Positions 51,593 through 52,293 of a DNA stretch of 52,293 nt are shown in pieces (the stretch's first letter is position 1; each line of letters begins with the position of its first letter). Origin of the DNA: Gaiellaceae bacterium (GTDB lineage: Bacteria; Actinomycetota; Thermoleophilia; Gaiellales; Gaiellaceae). The DNA is taken from contig DATFTK010000214.1 in assembly GCA_035262005.1 (NCBI GenBank), forward strand, positions 1 to 52,293, read 5' to 3'. The notes beneath the pieces were generated by a model. The model saw only the letters and a program-made list of their open reading frames with translations. It did no database searches and was not told the origin of the DNA. Made by a program: the position numbers and the translations under genes.

Positions 51593-52293
51593 ATGCGAGG
51601 GATTCTGCCGGTGGCTGTCGCCTGCCTGGTGGTGTTCATCGCACCTGCGGCCGTCGCGGCCGACCCGGCGGTCGGTGACCAGCACGTCCTGATCGTGCTG
51701 GCGACGTGGGGCCCGCAACCGCTGACCCGCGAGGACGTGTCTTCGTCGTTCGCGGAGGCCGCCCGCTTCTACGACAAGTCCTCGTTCCACCAGCTCAGGC
51801 TCAGCGCGGACGTGACGCCGTGGCTCCCGGCCTTCACCGCGGCGCCTGCGTGTCCGGATGATCTAGGCGACCACGTTCCGGTCACCTTCTCCGGCCCGCC
51901 GGATGCCGCGGCTGCTGGTGCGGGCTATCGCGTCGAGTCGTACGACCGTGTCATGTACGTGACGGCGCGGATGGCGTGCGACTGGGACGGCCTCGGAGTC
52001 GGACACCAGATCGTCCTGAACGCGGACCGGAACTGGAACGACATGGTTCACGAGCTCGGACATACCTACGGACTCGCGCACGCGCGCAGGGAGCAATGTC
52101 GCGGCTGCGCCAAGGACGAGTACGGCGATCCCTTCAGCCCGATGGGTCACGGCCTGCTCGACTTCAGCGCCTACGAGAAGTTCCAGATGGGCTGGCTGCA
52201 CGAGGTCGCGCACATCTCCCGCGCGGGTACCTACGCGATCGGAAGACCGGACATCCAGGGCGCGACGCCCTATGCGCTCGTCATCGAGACGGG
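51593..52293 (+). CDS. secreted metzincin-type zinc metalloprotease (M11 gametolysin-like?), 3' end off the window
   Basis: Not in the ORF track because it is open-ended. My translation is MRGILPVAVACLVVFIAPAAVAADP...NWNDMVHELGHTYGLAHARRE...EYGDPFSPMGHG. The HExxHxxGxxH motif identifies a metzincin. The family assignment is from memory. Confidence 0.7.
   Translation, partial: MRGILPVAVACLVVFIAPAAVAADPAVGDQHVLIVLATWGPQPLTREDVSSSFAEAARFYDKSSFHQLRLSADVTPWLPAFTAAPACPDDLGDHVPVTFSGPPDAAAAGAGYRVESYDRVMYVTARMACDWDGLGVGHQIVLNADRNWNDMVHELGHTYGLAHARREQCRGCAKDEYGDPFSPMGHGLLDFSAYEKFQMGWLHEVAHISRAGTYAIGRPDIQGATPYALVIET

Noticed and set aside
1-52293. A search by eye for tRNA, rRNA, CRISPR arrays, IS elements, integrases and large direct or inverted repeats.
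   Set aside because: The largest non-coding gaps are about 100-250 bp, and none shows cloverleaf or repeat-spacer structure. No transposase, integrase or phage-like protein appears in any frame. A computational scan (tRNAscan, Infernal, a repeat finder) would be needed to exclude small ncRNAs.

Overview
This is 52.3 kb of high-GC (about 70% by eye), very densely coding DNA. It reads like ordinary chromosome from an Actinomycetota-type organism; that taxonomic guess rests only on protein flavour and GC content. I support about 59 protein-coding genes. Two run off the window ends and one is a 57-codon ORF; none of these three are in the ORF track. One gene, a DUF1206-type membrane protein, is split by a 1-nt frameshift. 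I found no rRNA, tRNA or CRISPR array, and no transposase, integrase or phage genes. No non-coding gap exceeds about 250 bp. Many long track ORFs are artefacts of GC bias: antisense ORFs, or N-terminal read-through into neighbouring genes. I re-derived real starts from conserved N-termini, ribosome-binding sites and stop/start overlaps.

Gene content:
- an amidase, acyl-CoA dehydrogenase and amino-acid ABC cluster
- an mhq-like esterase/dioxygenase pair
- a two-HKD phospholipase-D protein
- an MFS-TetR-GFA operon with a clear operator
- lon, followed by HxlR and an ABC exporter
- a histidine kinase and response regulator followed by MMPL, GAF, USP and a 75-aa protein
- several ABC-2, FtsX and PadR modules
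- recQ coupled to a TetR gene and a membrane-protein gene
- a K+ channel coupled to a YihY gene
- a Vps62-like membrane protein, an HtrA-like protease, an orphan PAS-GAF kinase and an ArsR-SRPBCC pair
- a stand-alone McrA-head-like domain and a secreted metzincin

I do not see a clear-cut known defence, mobile or biosynthetic system. The best candidate for something undescribed is a tightly packed six-gene minus-strand operon (32019 to 27841). It encodes a 74-aa protein, a degenerate cNMP-binding protein, a short MDR oxidoreductase, a filter-less K-channel-like membrane protein, a HAD phosphatase and a PD-(D/E)XK-like protein. That and the other findings are hypotheses built from reading the sequence, not database results. 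Two frame anomalies (near 12183 and 39864) may be assembly indels.
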